64,000 nucleotides of DNA from NCBI GenBank assembly GCA_951406725.2, contig OX597814.1, positions 69,936,001 through 70,000,000 on the forward strand, given 5' to 3'. This document shows, one piece after another, positions 1 through 13,545 of this stretch. This stretch comes from Octopus vulgaris (lineage: Eukaryota). Both the position numbers and the translations under genes were made by a program. Position 1 is the stretch's first letter. Every line of letters begins with the position of its first letter. Below the pieces are notes generated by a model. It had not been told where the DNA came from. It worked only from the letters and a program-made list of their open reading frames with translations, and searched no databases.

Positions 1-1881
1 GCGAGAGGCCTTTTGTCACCAGCAGAGGTAAGAGCTCTCTGAACTTTGCCCAGGCTATTCTTACTCTAGCAGTTACACTTTCGGCGCACCCGCCCCCGCT
101 ACTGACTTGGTCACCTAGGTAATGGAAGCTATCAACTATTTCTAGTTTTTCTCCCAGGAATGTGGCGGAAGATGGTCTCTGCGTATTTTCAGTGTTTATT
201 GCTCCCAAGCATCTGCCATATGCAAAAACTATCTTCCTAGTTAGCCTTCCTTTGACATTGCTGCACCTCTTATGTGTCCATAGCTTACACTTGGTGCATC
301 TTATAGAGTTTCTACCTACGCGTTTTCTACAGATCGAGCAGGGCCATCTACATGAGGGTGATTGTGGTTTGTCTACCTTCCTACTTATTAGAACTTTGGT
401 TTTAGCAAGTTTGACTCTAAGGTCCTTCGATTCTAATCCTTGCTTCCACACCTGAAACCTCTCCTCCAGTTCTGATAGTGACTCAGCAATTAGGGCAAGG
501 TCATCAGCATAGGAGCTCCCAGGGGCAACCTGTCTTAAATTCCTCCGTTATTGCTTGAAGGACTATGATAAATAGGAGGGGGCTGAGGACTGAACCTTGG
601 TGGACCCCAACCTCTACCTGGAATTCTTCACTGTACTTGTTGCTAACCCTCACCTTACTAACAGCGTCCTTGTACATGGCTCGTACAGCTCTCACTAACC
701 ATTCATCTATCCCATCTATCCTCATTGACCACCAGATAAGGGATCGGGGGACCCTGTCAAAGGCTTTCTCCATGTCGACAAAAGCCAGGTACAGAGGTTT
801 ATCTTTGGCTAGGTATTTCTCCTGCAGCTGTCTCACCAGAAATATGGCATCAGTGGTGCTTTTCCCAGACACAAATCAAATCTGCATCTCGTCATCAGTT
901 GGGCTATGACCCTCTCCGTAATCTTCATTACCTGATCCAACAGCTTGATACCTCTGTAATTATTTGTATCTAGGGCGTCACCTTTACCTTTGTAGCAGTT
1001 GACTATTATGCTGCTACACCAGTCATTGGGTATGACTCCTTCGTGTATCACCTGGGTAACTATACGGGTGACTAGGCTATAGCCGACACTGCCAGATATT
1101 TTGAGCATCTCTGCAGTAATTCCTGATGGACCTGGGGCTTTCCCTGTCTTCATACTTCTAATTGCCTTAACTACCAAAGAACTGTCAACTCGGAAAACTG
1201 GTCCCTCTGTAGGGTCGACATTCGGCAGACTCTCTTTATCTCATTCATTTTCTTTATTCAGCAACCTTTCATAGTGGCATCTCCAAACCTCTCTCTTTGC
1301 ATCCGCAAGTGAACCATCATCCATGCGAACACATTTCTCTCCTACCACATCACGATTCTCTCTCACACACTGTCTTGCAACACAAAATACCTCAAGTCTT
1401 TGGTCCTCACGGCGCAGAACATTGGCAAATTATTTCTTATCTGCTTCCCCTCTGGCTAAATAAACCTGTCTCCTAGCTTCCCTTCTGGCAGTCTGATAAA
1501 ATTCCCTGCTACCTCCGTTCTTCCAGTCCCTCCAAGCCTGTTTCTTTTGTCTAATAGCCCTGTCAGCCACATTGTTCCACCACCACGTTACCCTGGGTCG
1601 AGATGGGACTTTGCTCCATCCACAGATCTGGTCAGTGGCTGTCAGCAGATTATCCCATAGAAACCTCCAGTTTTCTTCCACATTATGTGAAGCTATATCC
1701 CCTTCTATTTCATCGAAGACTTCGAGTAGTACGTCTCTAAATCTCTGTCCATTTGCAGGATCTTTAAGCTTCCAGACCCTTCTGCTCCAAGCTGGTCTTC
1801 TTCTGGGCAACCATTTAGCCCTGATCCTGAAGTCGCTAACTACTAATTTATGTTGAGGAGTACATTCTTCGCCTGGGAAGG

Positions 1882-1882
<1 letters not shown>
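1..1882 (-). mobile_element. RTE-clade LINE, degenerate (end of APE, linker, RT)
   Basis: Frameshifted ORFs contain KAPGPSGI, NYRGIKLL, AFVDMEKAFDRV, GVHQGSVLSPLLF and WELLCxDDL. Near-identical to the copy at 13546-16840. Truncated at (TA)n near 1883. Confidence 0.92.
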
Positions 1883-1927
<45 letters not shown>

Positions 1928-1930
1928 ATA

Positions 1931-2130
1931 TGTCTGTGTGTTTGTCACCCCAACATTGCTTGACAATCAATGCTGGCATGTTTACATCCTGTAACTTAGC
2001 GGTTTAGCAAAAGAGACTGAAAGAATAAGTGCTAGGTTTACAAAGTATAAGTCCTGTGGTTGATATGCTCGACTAAAGGCGGTGCTCCAGCATGGCCACA
2101 GTCAAATGACTGAAACAAGTAAAAGAGTAA
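1931..2130 (+). mobile_element. 3' half of a tRNA-derived SINE (same family as 44764-45178 and 59740-59910)
   Basis: Matches the reverse complement of 44764-44975. Ends GGCGGTGCTCCAGCATGGCCACAGTCAAATGACTGAAACAAGTAAAAGAG. Confidence 0.85.
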
Positions 2131-2469
2131 TATGTATAGAGAGAGAATACACACTCATACATACATACATACATACATACAAATACACACGTACATACAA
2201 ATACCTGTCAATCTTTTTCAAATACATTCGACAGTCAAACATTTATTCCCCACAAACTGAGTTTCTTGAAAATCTTTTTTAAAACACATTTACTTACTAC
2301 CATATATATAGAGACAGAATACACACTAATACATACATACAAATACACACATACATACAAATACCTGTCAGTTTATTTATTTATTTGCCATTTCTTATCA
2401 CCCTTTCCTCCTTCAGTTTTATGCATACTTTCCAAGACAATTTCTCTGTACAAGTAACTTTCACCCATT

Positions 2470-3783
2470 CCTGCCGTTGACATGATATTATTGCCAGGGT
2501 TTTCAGGCAGAAGCTGGCTAAGCTAATTGATTTAATCAAAAAAGGGCAGGTTTTTGGGCCTGTTAACTGCTACATGTATACTGTTGAGAGGCAGAAGGTA
2601 GAGTTGTCACACGCACATATTTTGGTTTGGTTGGTCACCAAAATAGATCCCACACTTCTAGATGACATCATCACAGCAGAAATCCCAGACCCCACTGTTG
2701 ACAAGCAGCTGTACGATATTGTGAAGGCACACATGGTGCATGGTCCATGCGGTCCCGGCGACAGATATCCACACTACAGACGAAGCCAGCCTGAGAATGG
2801 GGGATTCACTATGACGTTATGGGGTCATCAAGTTGATAATTGATGGGTGGTCCCATACTGTCCATTTCTGATGAAAATTTTCAACGCTCATATAAATGTG
2901 GAGTTCTGTCATTCAGTAAAATCAATAAAGTATATATGTAAATATGTTAACAAGGGTACTCATGCTGCCATGTTCAACCTTCAAAAGAACAATAGCATGG
3001 ACAAGGTGTCGCAGTACTTGCCTGGTTGATATATCAGCAGTGGAAGTTTTTTGGTGGATATTCAGGTTTCCACTTCACGAAAGAACCCCACCATCATAAA
3101 ACTTTGGAAAAGGGCCAGCAGACTTACTTTGCTGAACAGACTGCTGCACAATTGGCGGCCAATCCAAAAGAAACAACTTTGACTGGTTTCTTTAGGCTTT
3201 GCCAACTTGACACATTTGACAAAACACTTTTATACCCTCAGGTCCCGTCCTACTAAGTGTGGTCAAAGAACACTTGGGTGTGTAGGAAGTCAGGTCAGGA
3301 AGTCAGTTTGCTTACAATTCCGTTATTAATTCGGTCCAGGACAAAGCTGGGGAGATTTTTTTCCTCAACGCTCCGACACATGGTGAGTAGATGCTATTTA
3401 CTTACCCATGATGAAACCCCCTCTTTCCTCCATAGGGCAGCTATTCTGTTTTCACAGAGCATGAAGTTTTGTAACAGCATGTCCGCTGCCGTTGGTGCAA
3501 AACAAAGACACCATATTCACCTGCGAATGTTTTACACACCCTTCCAGGACTACCTACCAAATTGTGACAATTGTGACAATGATAACACAGCCTTTTCAGG
3601 GCCACCTCACATTCTATTGTTACCCAATTCTGAGAGTGTAGCATTGCTCTTTGCAGGGCTTTCTATCCAGTTGAAAATCGATTGGTTGGCCATAAACTTT
3701 GCCTCAATAATCATAATTGAGTAGAATCATTAAGAGTACTTTAAAGCAATTAAGCCCCGAGCAACGCCCGGCACTTCTGCTAG
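2470..3783 (+). mobile_element. Helitron relic: Rep (HUH) fragment plus 3' terminus
   Basis: YTVERQKVELSHAHILVWL (HUH motif 2), HMVHGPCG, VPYCPFLMKIFNAHINVEFCHSVKSIKYICKYVNKG (motif 3, YxxKY). 3' hairpin followed by CTAG|T at 3755-3784. Confidence 0.88.
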
Positions 3784-3989
3784 TAATATATATTTTAATA
3801 ATTACTGGTATTTTTATATTTTATATAACGTAGAACATAAAAAGTAGGATAAAATTTTACAGCTGTTTCAGCCAAGAGGCCATATTACCCCACTCTACTT
3901 CCATCCCTTCAGTGAACTGAAGTATTTGGTAGATAATATTTGTCTCTTGGGATATGCAAAAAAGTCGAAATACAAAAAGTTTCCAAAAG

Positions 3990-6900
3990 CAGGGAAGTTT
4001 ATCCGTGGAAAGAAAAACCTATGAAAACACCACAGTAACCTCGGGCAATAATGTCATATAATAACACATTTATTTACAAATAGGTAACTCTGTTTTTCTT
4101 TTGTTTTTTTCAGTTCATAGGCTCATTCACAAGGTGGCTCCATCATTCACACATGCCATCCTTGCTACATTCACCCATCTTTTGTTGAAACATTCGCTAG
4201 ACAAAACTTGCCTCTCTACTCTCACCTTCCTTTTCAAGTGATACTTGAAAAAGTTGATGAAAGATTCAACAGAGAGGAAAGTGCTTGTCTCAAATCCTTT
4301 CAGACATGTCCACCAGACACATTCTTTCACCATAGCTACAAGTACAATGAAAATAGCTCTTCCTTTCCGTTTGATGATAGACTTGGCTGATAAACTGACG
4401 TGTCCCACACGTGACAGCAGTTGTTCGACATAGACCCACAGGTCGGAAATGGTTGGACACTGCACAAGTGCTTGCAGAATGGTTTCATCGCTCTGACCAC
4501 ATCTAGGCCAGGTGTTTCTCAAGCCATGCCTGTAGAGCTTATCCCAAATGGGTAGTGCTTCTCGATAGCACTGCCAGGCCAGGGATCTCTGGAAGTTGTC
4601 CATAGGTCCCATCCTGAAAGTTGTCTTCATCAGGTGGGTCAGGTATTCCTCGTCGATGCCCGGGTTCATCCTGAGATTGTCATTGTACCTCCCCTCCACT
4701 CATCCCTTATAGAATGCTTTGGTTGTGATACAATCGCTCAAGGTTGACCGGGGATGGCATAGTTGCTCCAGAGCAACGTGATACTTGCGGTGCCATTTGC
4801 CCTTCCTCAGCCTCTTCTTGATCCATGATCCTGCAGCTCAGTCATGGAGATAAGCTGCAGGAGAGCGTGCCGCACAAACAGCAACCACAACTGTCCACCG
4901 TCGTCTACGTAGAGTTGGAGATGTCACAATCTCAGTGCATGTTTGCGCATCATACACCACAGCATGCCAAGCCCTCCTTTCAGCAGGTGTTGGCAGCAAA
5001 CGGATCGCCTGACCATCAGCATGCTTCCTTTCCACAAAAAGCGGGGGAGGATGCATTCCAGTTTGGTGATGGTAGAGTCAGGACAAGGCACGACGGTCAG
5101 GTGGTAGTAGATGACGGATGTGATGTACACGTTTGCCACCTCCACCCAACCTTTTAAGGAGAGCTTCCTCTCAGTCCATTGCCAGGAAAGAGTGGCCACC
5201 CTACTCATCTTGTCCCAGTTCTCCTCCGTTTGGAGGTTCGGACCAAACTGGACCCCAAGCAACTTGACCAGGTGCCAAGCTGCAAGCCCACTGACTTTTC
5301 CCAGTTGATTTTTGCTCCCGTCACTGCTTTGTCGTCTTTCAGTGTTTCGCCAACTAGCTCTATGTGCTCGTGGCTAGACACTATGACGGTGACATCGTCC
5401 AGGTATGCGGACACGCTCATTCTGCACCCCAGTTCTCGCAGGATGCCCCTCAGCCTCGCCAGCTTCTGCAGTAGTGGCTTGAAAGTCAATATGTACAGAA
5501 GCGATGAGAGAGGGCATCCCTGACAGACCGAACGTGCAATGTCAAAAGGGCTCAATAGATGCCCATTCAGACGAATTACTGAATGGATGCCTCTGTACAA
5601 AGTAGCCATCCAGCCATGGAAGATGGGACCAAAACCGGCTGCTATAAGGGCAGCCTCTAAGTATCAATGATCTACCCTGTCGAAAGCTTTGGACTGATCC
5701 AAATTGATCAGGCCCCCACCTATGCCAGGTTCCTTAACTACCCTGTCTATGATGTAGTGCATCAGATGGAGGTTGTCATGGATGCACATTTGCGCTTTGT
5801 CGACCAGTTTCTCAATGACAAGCGCCAACTTCTTGGCTAACACCTTGGCCAAAATTTTCAAATTTGTATTGCGCAGAGTGATGGGCCTAAAGTTACCTAT
5901 TACGTCCCCCTTGTTTGGATCTTTCTTCAACAGCATTACAGCTCCTCAGCTCACAAAACTCGAGCATCCTGCCATCGCGTTCCTCACTTCCACCACCATG
6001 ATGGCACCTTCGTAACACTCTGCCTCTCTTGCCGAGAGTCGTGGCAGGCTGTGCATGTAGACACTGAAGTCCACCCTGCGTTCTCGCTCACCACTCATCC
6101 CGAATAGTTGGGCAAAATGGTGCTGAAACACCTCACACATCTTGCTGGGCTCGAGTAATTCGTGCCCCTGTTCATCTATCAGAGACCGAATGGTGGCTTT
6201 GTTGCCCCATTGCACCTCCACCACTCAGGCCTCTCGCGCAGCTACAACACCTTCGTTCCTTAGAGCATGCATCCTGGCCCTGACAACACAACCTTGCTGT
6301 TTGGTGATGAATGTTGGTTGAGGGCCATCCTCACTGCCAAAACATTGGATATGATGCCGCATCTTATTGCCTCTTCTAACTTCTTAAGTAGCTCACCCTC
6401 TACTCTGTTTCTATCTATGGCTAGTGCTTTGTTATACCTAATCGCTTCTGCTTTTACTGCTTTCTTGAGGGCGAACCACCATTTGTTGTTGATGATGGCT
6501 CCTGTCAAAGCCCTCTTTACTAGCGTGCTAATTCAGTCTCTGAAAACCTGTCTTGATGGGAAAGACACGTTCGGTTTCCAGTAACTGGGGCCCTGCCTAT
6601 ATGTCTTATCTAAGTCTAGCATACATGTCACAAGTTTGTGATCCATGTAGCTGACTATGTGGAATTGTGGATATCCTAAGCTATCCCTATCTACTGTCCC
6701 ACACAGTATCCTATCTAGATACAATCTTGACAACCCAATGCAGTTGCTCCATGTCCATGTTGGCACATTTGGGTGGTCGAGGCGGTACCTGTCAGACAGT
6801 TGAAAATGTCTGAGCAGGTCTGTGAGGCATTTGCATCTCTGCCTATTTCTATCTCTTCCCATGTAGTCTAGATGCATGTCTAAGGTAGCATTCCAATCCC

Positions 6901-9219
6901 CCACCAAAAGTAAACGACAAGACAATCCTAGGAATACTTCTAGATGTCGAAAGAAATCCATCTGACCCGTTAAAGGCAGTGCATAGACTGATAGGAGTTG
7001 AAAAGCACACCCATCACTACCGTCAACATCCAGGACAACCAGTCAACCCTCTGGGTCTATGAATATCGTCTTTGCTTCAAGATCCAAACTCTTGCAGAAA
7101 AGTACCGCAGTGCCACTACCGCCCATCCTCAGCAGACAGGGAGTAAGATAAATGTTAAACTGTGTGCCAAACATGGACTTTAGGGCCCGTGGATCATGGA
7201 GTCCGGTCTCACTTATGGCTATGATTCCCAAATCATGTGACTTTATGTCATTCAAGAGGTACTCTTGTTTCCAACAGGACCCCAAGCTATGCGCATTCAC
7301 ACAACCAATCTTGATCGTGATCCTAATAAGTTGTCACTAGGAGGTTACTATATAGTTTTTTCAAAGAGTATTTCTGAAACCCCACTACCACATTGGGGTA
7401 GAGAGATTTTAGCGTGTGGTGCAAGGTGGGTGTCACAAGCATAATTTTGATGTGTTCTGGAGGTGTTGTGTATGGGTGGTTGTTTGTTTTTATGTCATCT
7501 GTCAGGTTTGTTTTTGAGGTGATGTAATCCATCAACTCTTGTGTTTTTAGTGTTTATGGCTGTGTGCATGGTTGACGTAAATGTTTTGGTGGTGTTGCTG
7601 TTGTTTGGGTTTGAGTTCGAAATGTCTTCAAGAGTTGTGTATCTCCTTACTTTGTTGGTGTTTGCTTTTGTTCTTTATTTGCTTTCCTTTTCTGGCTATT
7701 TGCCATTCTTCACTACTTTCATCTTCCATCGAAATTTCTGAGGAACTGGAAGGGGGTAAGGGCAAGTTATGAGGGTGTATGTATGTTTGTGTAAGTGGTT
7801 GTGTTGCTGTTTTCATTGGTGTTGGTTCTGGATTGTTTGTGTGAGGTGTATGTGAGGGGGAGGGGGAATCAGTTTTTCTATCTTCTTTTGTTTTTCCTGT
7901 ATCTTTAGTTTTTGGTGGTGTTGTTGATAATGTTTTTTCAGGAGTTGATTTGTTTTCGATTGTTGGTATTGATGGTGTTCCTTTCATTATCTTTTGTGTT
8001 GATGGTGGTGTGGATAGTAAGGCTTTTTTCTTAGATTTTGGTGGTGGTAGTTGTTGTTCTTGTTGTTTTGTGGCAGTTGGACAATCGTTTTTTAGATGTC
8101 TTGCTGTTGCACACATAATATCACTACATGCAACTTGTATTCTTTTGCTAATTGAATACTGGTGGGTATTTTATTAATCAATTCTTGATTAATCTGTAAA
8201 AGGATTTCCAGTGTTTTACTCACCTAGTTTTGTTGTTCTAAGACAGCAATTTCCAAAATGTTAGCTTTCTCCATTTCAAAGCAGATGGCAGATAATAGCC
8301 ATTGCGTCTCTACCTCTGGAGGTACATTCTTTATTGTCACCTTTGTCACTCTCTGCCCAAGATAACTAAGTATCATTACCAACTGGTCTGTATGAAGAGT
8401 GAGTGTTGAAAATTGTTTTGCTAGGTTTTTGCTGTGAAAATTCACTTGAACAGTGGCAAATTTATGCCACCAATTGATGTATTCTTTATGTGCCCATACA
8501 GGGTGAAGGCATTTTTCAATTTTTTCTTATAGTGCATTCTCAGGTCTTTTTGTTTTTGTGCTTAGTATTTTGTAGATGATGATCTTTTTTTTGTGTTTGT
8601 TCTAATATATTCTGAGGGATGCGTAAGTGTAAATTTTCACCTTCTTTGGTAAGTAGTGTTTTTGTCTCAATTTGTTGTGCAGTGAATGATACAATGGTTT
8701 TCTTTTGTCTTATCACTTCAGTGAAATTTTTTGTTTGTTTTTGGTGGTGGTGGTGGTAGTGTTGGTGGCAGAGGTGTCAGTTGTAGCAGTTGAAGGTGAA
8801 GTTGTAGTACTGTCTTTCATGGAGATCATGGTGGATGGCTTTGCCACAATATCGTTGTTGTTGATAGTGGTACTGGTATTCATGTTTATGTCTGTGTTTG
8901 TTTGTGTGAAATTTCTCTTTTCCTTCCTTCTTTTAAGGGAGTGTAGGAAACTCAATATCAAATGAGTTTCCAAGGAGACTAGTGTTTGATACAAAACTGT
9001 CTTCATAGCTTGAAAATGCCATCCTCGAAAGGAAAATGGCCAAGCAAGCCAAAAACAAATTTACAAAACCACGAAACATGCTACGCAGGGAAGGTTTCCT
9101 GTGGAAACAATTTGCACCATCAAATCTATTAGTTGTTGCATGACTTTTGCATAAAAAATATTATACAAGACACACTTTTGAAGGTAAAAAAAAGTCGATG
9201 TGACTATTGTCTGTCCATA
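3990..9219 (-). mobile_element. Tx1/L1-clade LINE, near full length, decayed (ORF1 with CCHC-like knuckle; ORF2 APE-RT)
   Basis: ORF1 pieces at ~9006-7323 (KVTIKNVPPEV, C..C...HLKNDCP). APE: IIAISETGLH, LLVGDWNATL, YLDRI, MDHK. RT: NFRPITLRNTNLKILAKVLA, DQSKAFDRVDH, QGCPLS, AYLDDVTVIV. C-terminal C/H motif. Ends are approximate. Confidence 0.88.
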
Positions 9220-9268
9220 AGATAGATAGAAAGATAGACAGACAGACAGATAGACATATATATTTTTA

Positions 9269-9324
<56 letters not shown>

Positions 9325-9529
9325 CATATACATATATATAATTTGGTTTAACAATTTAATTTATATATATATATATTTAGCATTTTCTACCTTGTCTTAT
9401 TTTCCTTATACATATCAACTCGTGTGTTCCTTTTCAACCTTCTACATATATATATATTAATAATATTGCTAAACCAAATTTTTTGTGTAATACATTCCAT
9501 CGAAATATTAGAAAAAAATTCACTTTTAC

Positions 9530-9716
9530 CTGTTCGTAAATATATTTAAGGTTCTGAGATCTGTCCTTCCAAAACTCAAGTTCAACAACAGGGAGAGCAT
9601 TTTCATTATCAATCAGTATTTGTGCAGAATCTTTTTTTAAGACCATACTGATTTGGCATGACCATTCTATAACTACAGTTTCAATCGAATGCACTAAATT
9701 ACGGTCGGAAGGAATG
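9530..9716 (-). CDS. Internal exon of an axonemal outer-arm dynein heavy chain (beta type, DNAH9/11/17-like), N-terminal DHC_N1 region
   Basis: Encodes IPSDRNLVHSIETVVIEWSCQISMVLKKDSAQILIDNENALPVVELEFWKDRSQNLKYIYEQ. Acceptor ttttttttcacag and donor CAG|gtaaaa; 187 bp, open frame. Confidence 0.88.
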
Positions 9717-10572
9717 CTGTGAAAAAAAAAGTATATCATTCAAATGAAGTCAAATTATATATGAATATAAGATTAAAGTGTAAAGCAAAGGCTATCATGC
9801 ATATATTTAATTATACTACATATTTATATCTATATACTTAAAAAAGCAATGTCTGTACTTTTTCACTAGATAAAATTATTACTATTTTCACTAGATAAAA
9901 CATGTATTAAGTTAGGGTTTTTTGTGTGTTTTTAATGAATCTGACCTCTGTCATGCTCACTATGGACCATTTTGTTCTAAAACAGATTAGGGTGGAGAAC
10001 AAATTACCTTTACAATTTGAAATTTGGAAGTTTTAAAGATAATTTATGGACAGCTTTGTCTTTTGTCATTTAGCATAGGAAATTTGTCATCTCTAATATG
10101 GGGGGAAAAGAAAGTTAAAACAACAAATGGAGTGAGAGTGATTGACAGAGATACTTATTGAAAGTGAACTGTACTAAAATGTTTTGTTCTGAAGCTACTG
10201 GTAAGAAACTTGTATTGATGGTATTTTACATTTCATCCAGCTGATAAATGTAAATGTGCGCGTGCACACACATTCACATACTCTCACACATATGTATTTG
10301 TAGGCACATGCATAAGTGTATATAAATATGTATGTGCACGTATGAACATACAAACACACACAAGTTTTTTTCTTTGTTTTCAAGCAATCTAATATCCAAC
10401 TCGCTCAACAACAACCCCCTTAAACATAGAGAGAGAAATGATGCTTAGATTACAGATAAGCACTTTCTGAATTGATCTACTATTTGAACATTCCTTGTGT
10501 TACGTAACCTACGAGTCAAAATAATTTTATTTCTGTTATATAAAGCAACATAAAACTTTTTAGTCAACTGAA

Positions 10573-10770
10573 GCTGAATGCTCCAGAACTCGAAAGACTA
10601 GGGAAACACATGAAGAAAGGCAGGACAGGCTCCAGTCTCAGAGAAAATGAAATGCTGTGGACACACAAGAGCAACAAGAAGCAAGACTTCAGTCTGAAAC
10701 AACCAAGCAAGCCCACTTGAGAGACCAGGAGACACCAGAGGAGAAATGATGGAGGTTAAGAGAACAAGTG
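10573..10770 (+). pseudogene. STPR-like repeat fragment (ETxEE...RL), probably a Helitron N-terminal relic
   Basis: Hand translation RETHEERQDRLQSQRK*NAVDTQEQQEARLQ...QETPEEK*WRLREQ, with two TGA stops. Confidence 0.5.
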
Positions 10771-10862
10771 TTTTCTTGTGAAAAGCAGTAACTTGCAGCC
10801 TTTAAATACCAGAGGAATTATGCACATTATTTACATTGTTGTCTTCATCTTGTTTGTTGTTA

Positions 10863-10893
10863 ACACAACGTTTTGGCTGACTTCATCAGGTGT
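10863..10893 (-). ncRNA. Degenerate minimal hammerhead ribozyme in the PLE 3' pLTR
   Basis: ACAC CUGAUGA AG UCAGCC AAAA CGUU GUGU. Stem II is partly deleted and G12 is changed to A. Confidence 0.55.
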
Positions 10894-10972
10894 TTTGGGG
10901 AAATTTCAAACCTGGGTTCTCATTCCTAAGGTATTTTTCGATGTTATTATTATTATTATTATTATTATTAAT

Positions 10973-11030
10973 AATCGAACTCAGAATCTTGGGGTTAGTA
11001 TCCTGCACTCTTAACCACTATGCCACATGT
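10973..11030 (-). promoter_or_regulatory. tRNA(Ser-like)-derived segment with Pol III A and B boxes inside the PLE 3' region
   Basis: Minus strand TGGCATAGTGGTTAAG (A box) ... GGATACTAACCCC (anticodon-arm-like) ... GAGTTCGATT (B box). Starts about 10 nt after the PLE ORF stop. Confidence 0.65.
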
Positions 11031-13400
11031 CTGTGGGCAATTATGGAGTGAACTTTAGGGCTAATAAATCTAATATTCTCCTACCCTTCCTTAATACTGG
11101 TTCCCATATGCTGTTCATATCTGCACTCAGTCTGCTTAGGAGGTTGCTGTGCCTTAGCATATGTGCTGCTTCTTTTAGTTTTCGTATTTTCCAGTGGTAT
11201 TCTCTGTCTATTATTTTAACTTTATCCCACAGGGGGAGGTGGTCTCCATTTTTCCATACATGATCACCTATACCTGATTTATCAATATCTCCCTATGTCA
11301 CAGCTTTGCGATTTTCCTCTTCCCTTATTTTGAGGCAGTGGCATGTTTCGCCTTTGTATAAATTACCACAGCTGCATGAGGTGGAGTACACGCGGTTCTT
11401 GGACATATTCTCTTCTATTGGTGGTTTTACTCGAAGGAGATATTTGCAAAGTGTTGTATTACTTTTGAATACTGTCCTGATGTCATATGAGCCGCATATC
11501 GTTTGTATCTTTTCGGAGAGGCCTTTCACATATGGTAGACAGACTGTGGACAGTTTATCGGTTTCATCCTCTCTTTTTTTCATAACTGGAGTGGAGAGTA
11601 TACTTTTGGGGTAGTTGTTGCTTAATAGATGGTTACTGAACTTGATCATTTCTTCATGGTGGGTATCACGATCGCTACTTATATTCATTGCTCGATGTTT
11701 TAGGCACTGAGTAATCCCTCTCTTTACACTGTATGGATAGTAGGAATTGAAGTTGAGGTTTCGTCCCATGAAGGTTGGCTTGCAGTATACAGATGTCCTG
11801 AATCCATACTTGTTGCGTGTTATTAATACGTCCAGAAATGCTAGCTGATTGTCTTTTTCCTTTTCCATTGTGAACTGTATGGACATCTTCCTGGTGGGGC
11901 TAGAGTATAAAGGTGTCATTAACGTATTGCAGCCACAGGCTTGATTTTAGTGGTGTTGATCCTAAAGCCAAATTCTCAAAGTATTCCATTTATATATTGG
12001 CTATTATCGGTGAAAATGGCGAACCCATAGCTAAACCCTCTTCCTGTTGATATATATATCAGTGTCCATACTGAAGTAGGTGGTTTCTACACAGAAGGTC
12101 AACATTTCCATCAAGTTTCTTATTGGTATACTAATGTATTCTTTTAGATGGGTGTCTGTCACTAGTTTTTCTTGAATCACCGATAGTGCTTCACCAGTTG
12201 GGACTTTGGTGAACAGACTTATCACATCTAGACTCACTATCTTGTTGGATTTAGTGGGGGTATCCTTGATCAATTCTGTAAAGTGGGTGGAATTCTTCAC
12301 ATACGATGTTGACTTACCTGCTAATGGACTGATTATATCCACAAGGAAGTGGCTCAGTGGATGACATGCTGAACCTCTACAGCTCACTATAGGTCATAAT
12401 GGAATACCATCCTTGTGAATCTTAGGAAGACCGTACATGTGTGGTAGTTTACTGTAGTGTTGAGTCAGTTGTCTGTACTTCATTGGTGTAAAGTGATCCT
12501 TGTTCTTGATCAAGATCTGTGACAAGTTCCTCTCTGTTTTCAAAGTAGGGTCTTTTTTCACTTTGCTGTACCTACCATCACTTAGAAGACTTGCTAGTTT
12601 TTCCAAGTAATCTGACTTGTTCATCACCACTGTAGCATTTCCCTTGTCTGCTGGAAGTATTATGATGGAATTGTCACTCTGTAGTCTTTTCATAACGTTT
12701 CTTCCTCAGTGATGTTTGGTTTGCAAAGTTTCACTTTTTCTAGTATCTGTATCACTTTCCACCTTAGTTCATCTCCCTGAGCTTTTGGTATCTTTAGAGC
12801 TATCTCTTCAATAGGGGCTATAATGTCCAAGTATGGAATGCACTTGATGGTTGTCGCAAAGTTGAGACCTTTGTTTAGTACTGCTTCTTCAGAGCTTTCT
12901 AGATGTCAGCTACTTACATTAATTACTGCTTCCACAGGTGAGTGACGGACTTCAGTCTTCATTCTCTGACCTTTGAGTTTCATAAACTTCTTAATCTGGA
13001 GTGTCTTCACCATTTCAAATTCATGTACGACATTTCTAGATCTTGTTGGATTCTCTTTCTATCCTCATCTCTGGTTATTTTCCTAAGTAATGAAGATAAC
13101 ATCTCTTTGATTACGTTATTTAGTTGATGTTTTTTCTAATGGTTGAAATGGATCCTCTCACAAACGAGGGCATGTACTGTCCTTTCTGCTACCCTTCTAG
13201 CTTTATATGAATCCACTGGTGTCATTATATTCAAACCAGGTGGTATTAGCTTTGAGTCTCTACATCTACACAGGAAAGTTAGATGGTTTGAAAGACAAGC
13301 TATTTTTTGATTAGAGAATACAGTTCTATATTTAAGAGATGAGGAATTATGTACATTATTTATATTTGATGGATATTTTTCCTCATCTTCTTTGATGTTA

Positions 13401-13444
13401 ACACAACGTTTCGGCTGATATACTCTCCAGCCTTCATCAAGTGT
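13401..13444 (-). ncRNA. Minimal type I hammerhead ribozyme in the PLE 5' pLTR (C3U change)
   Basis: ACAC UUGAUGA A GGCUG-GAGAGUAUAU-CAGCC GAAA CG UU GUGU. Stem I ACAC/GUGU, stem II GGCUG/CAGCC, palindromic ACGU stem III. Confidence 0.75.
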
Positions 13445-13545
13445 CTTTGGGAAATTTCGAACCTGGATTCTCATTCCTAAGGTATTTTTCAATGTTGTTA
13501 TTATTGTTCTATATTTTAAGAGATGAGGAATTATGTACATTATTA

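Larger units (their letters stand above)
10810..13545 (-). mobile_element. Penelope-like element (Penelope/Poseidon type), near full length, with direct pseudo-LTRs
   Basis: N-terminal HLTFLCRCRDSKLIPPGL; RT IIILPADKGNATVVM, YGLPKIHKDGIPL, VSLDVISLFTKVP, LAFLDVLITR; GIY-YIG VYSTSCSCGNLYKGET. pLTR copies at 10812-10945 and 13324-13545. Confidence 0.92.

Noticed and set aside
10973-11030. Possible tRNA-Ser gene
   Set aside because: No acceptor stem, no long variable arm and an incomplete T arm; treated as a tRNA-derived segment.
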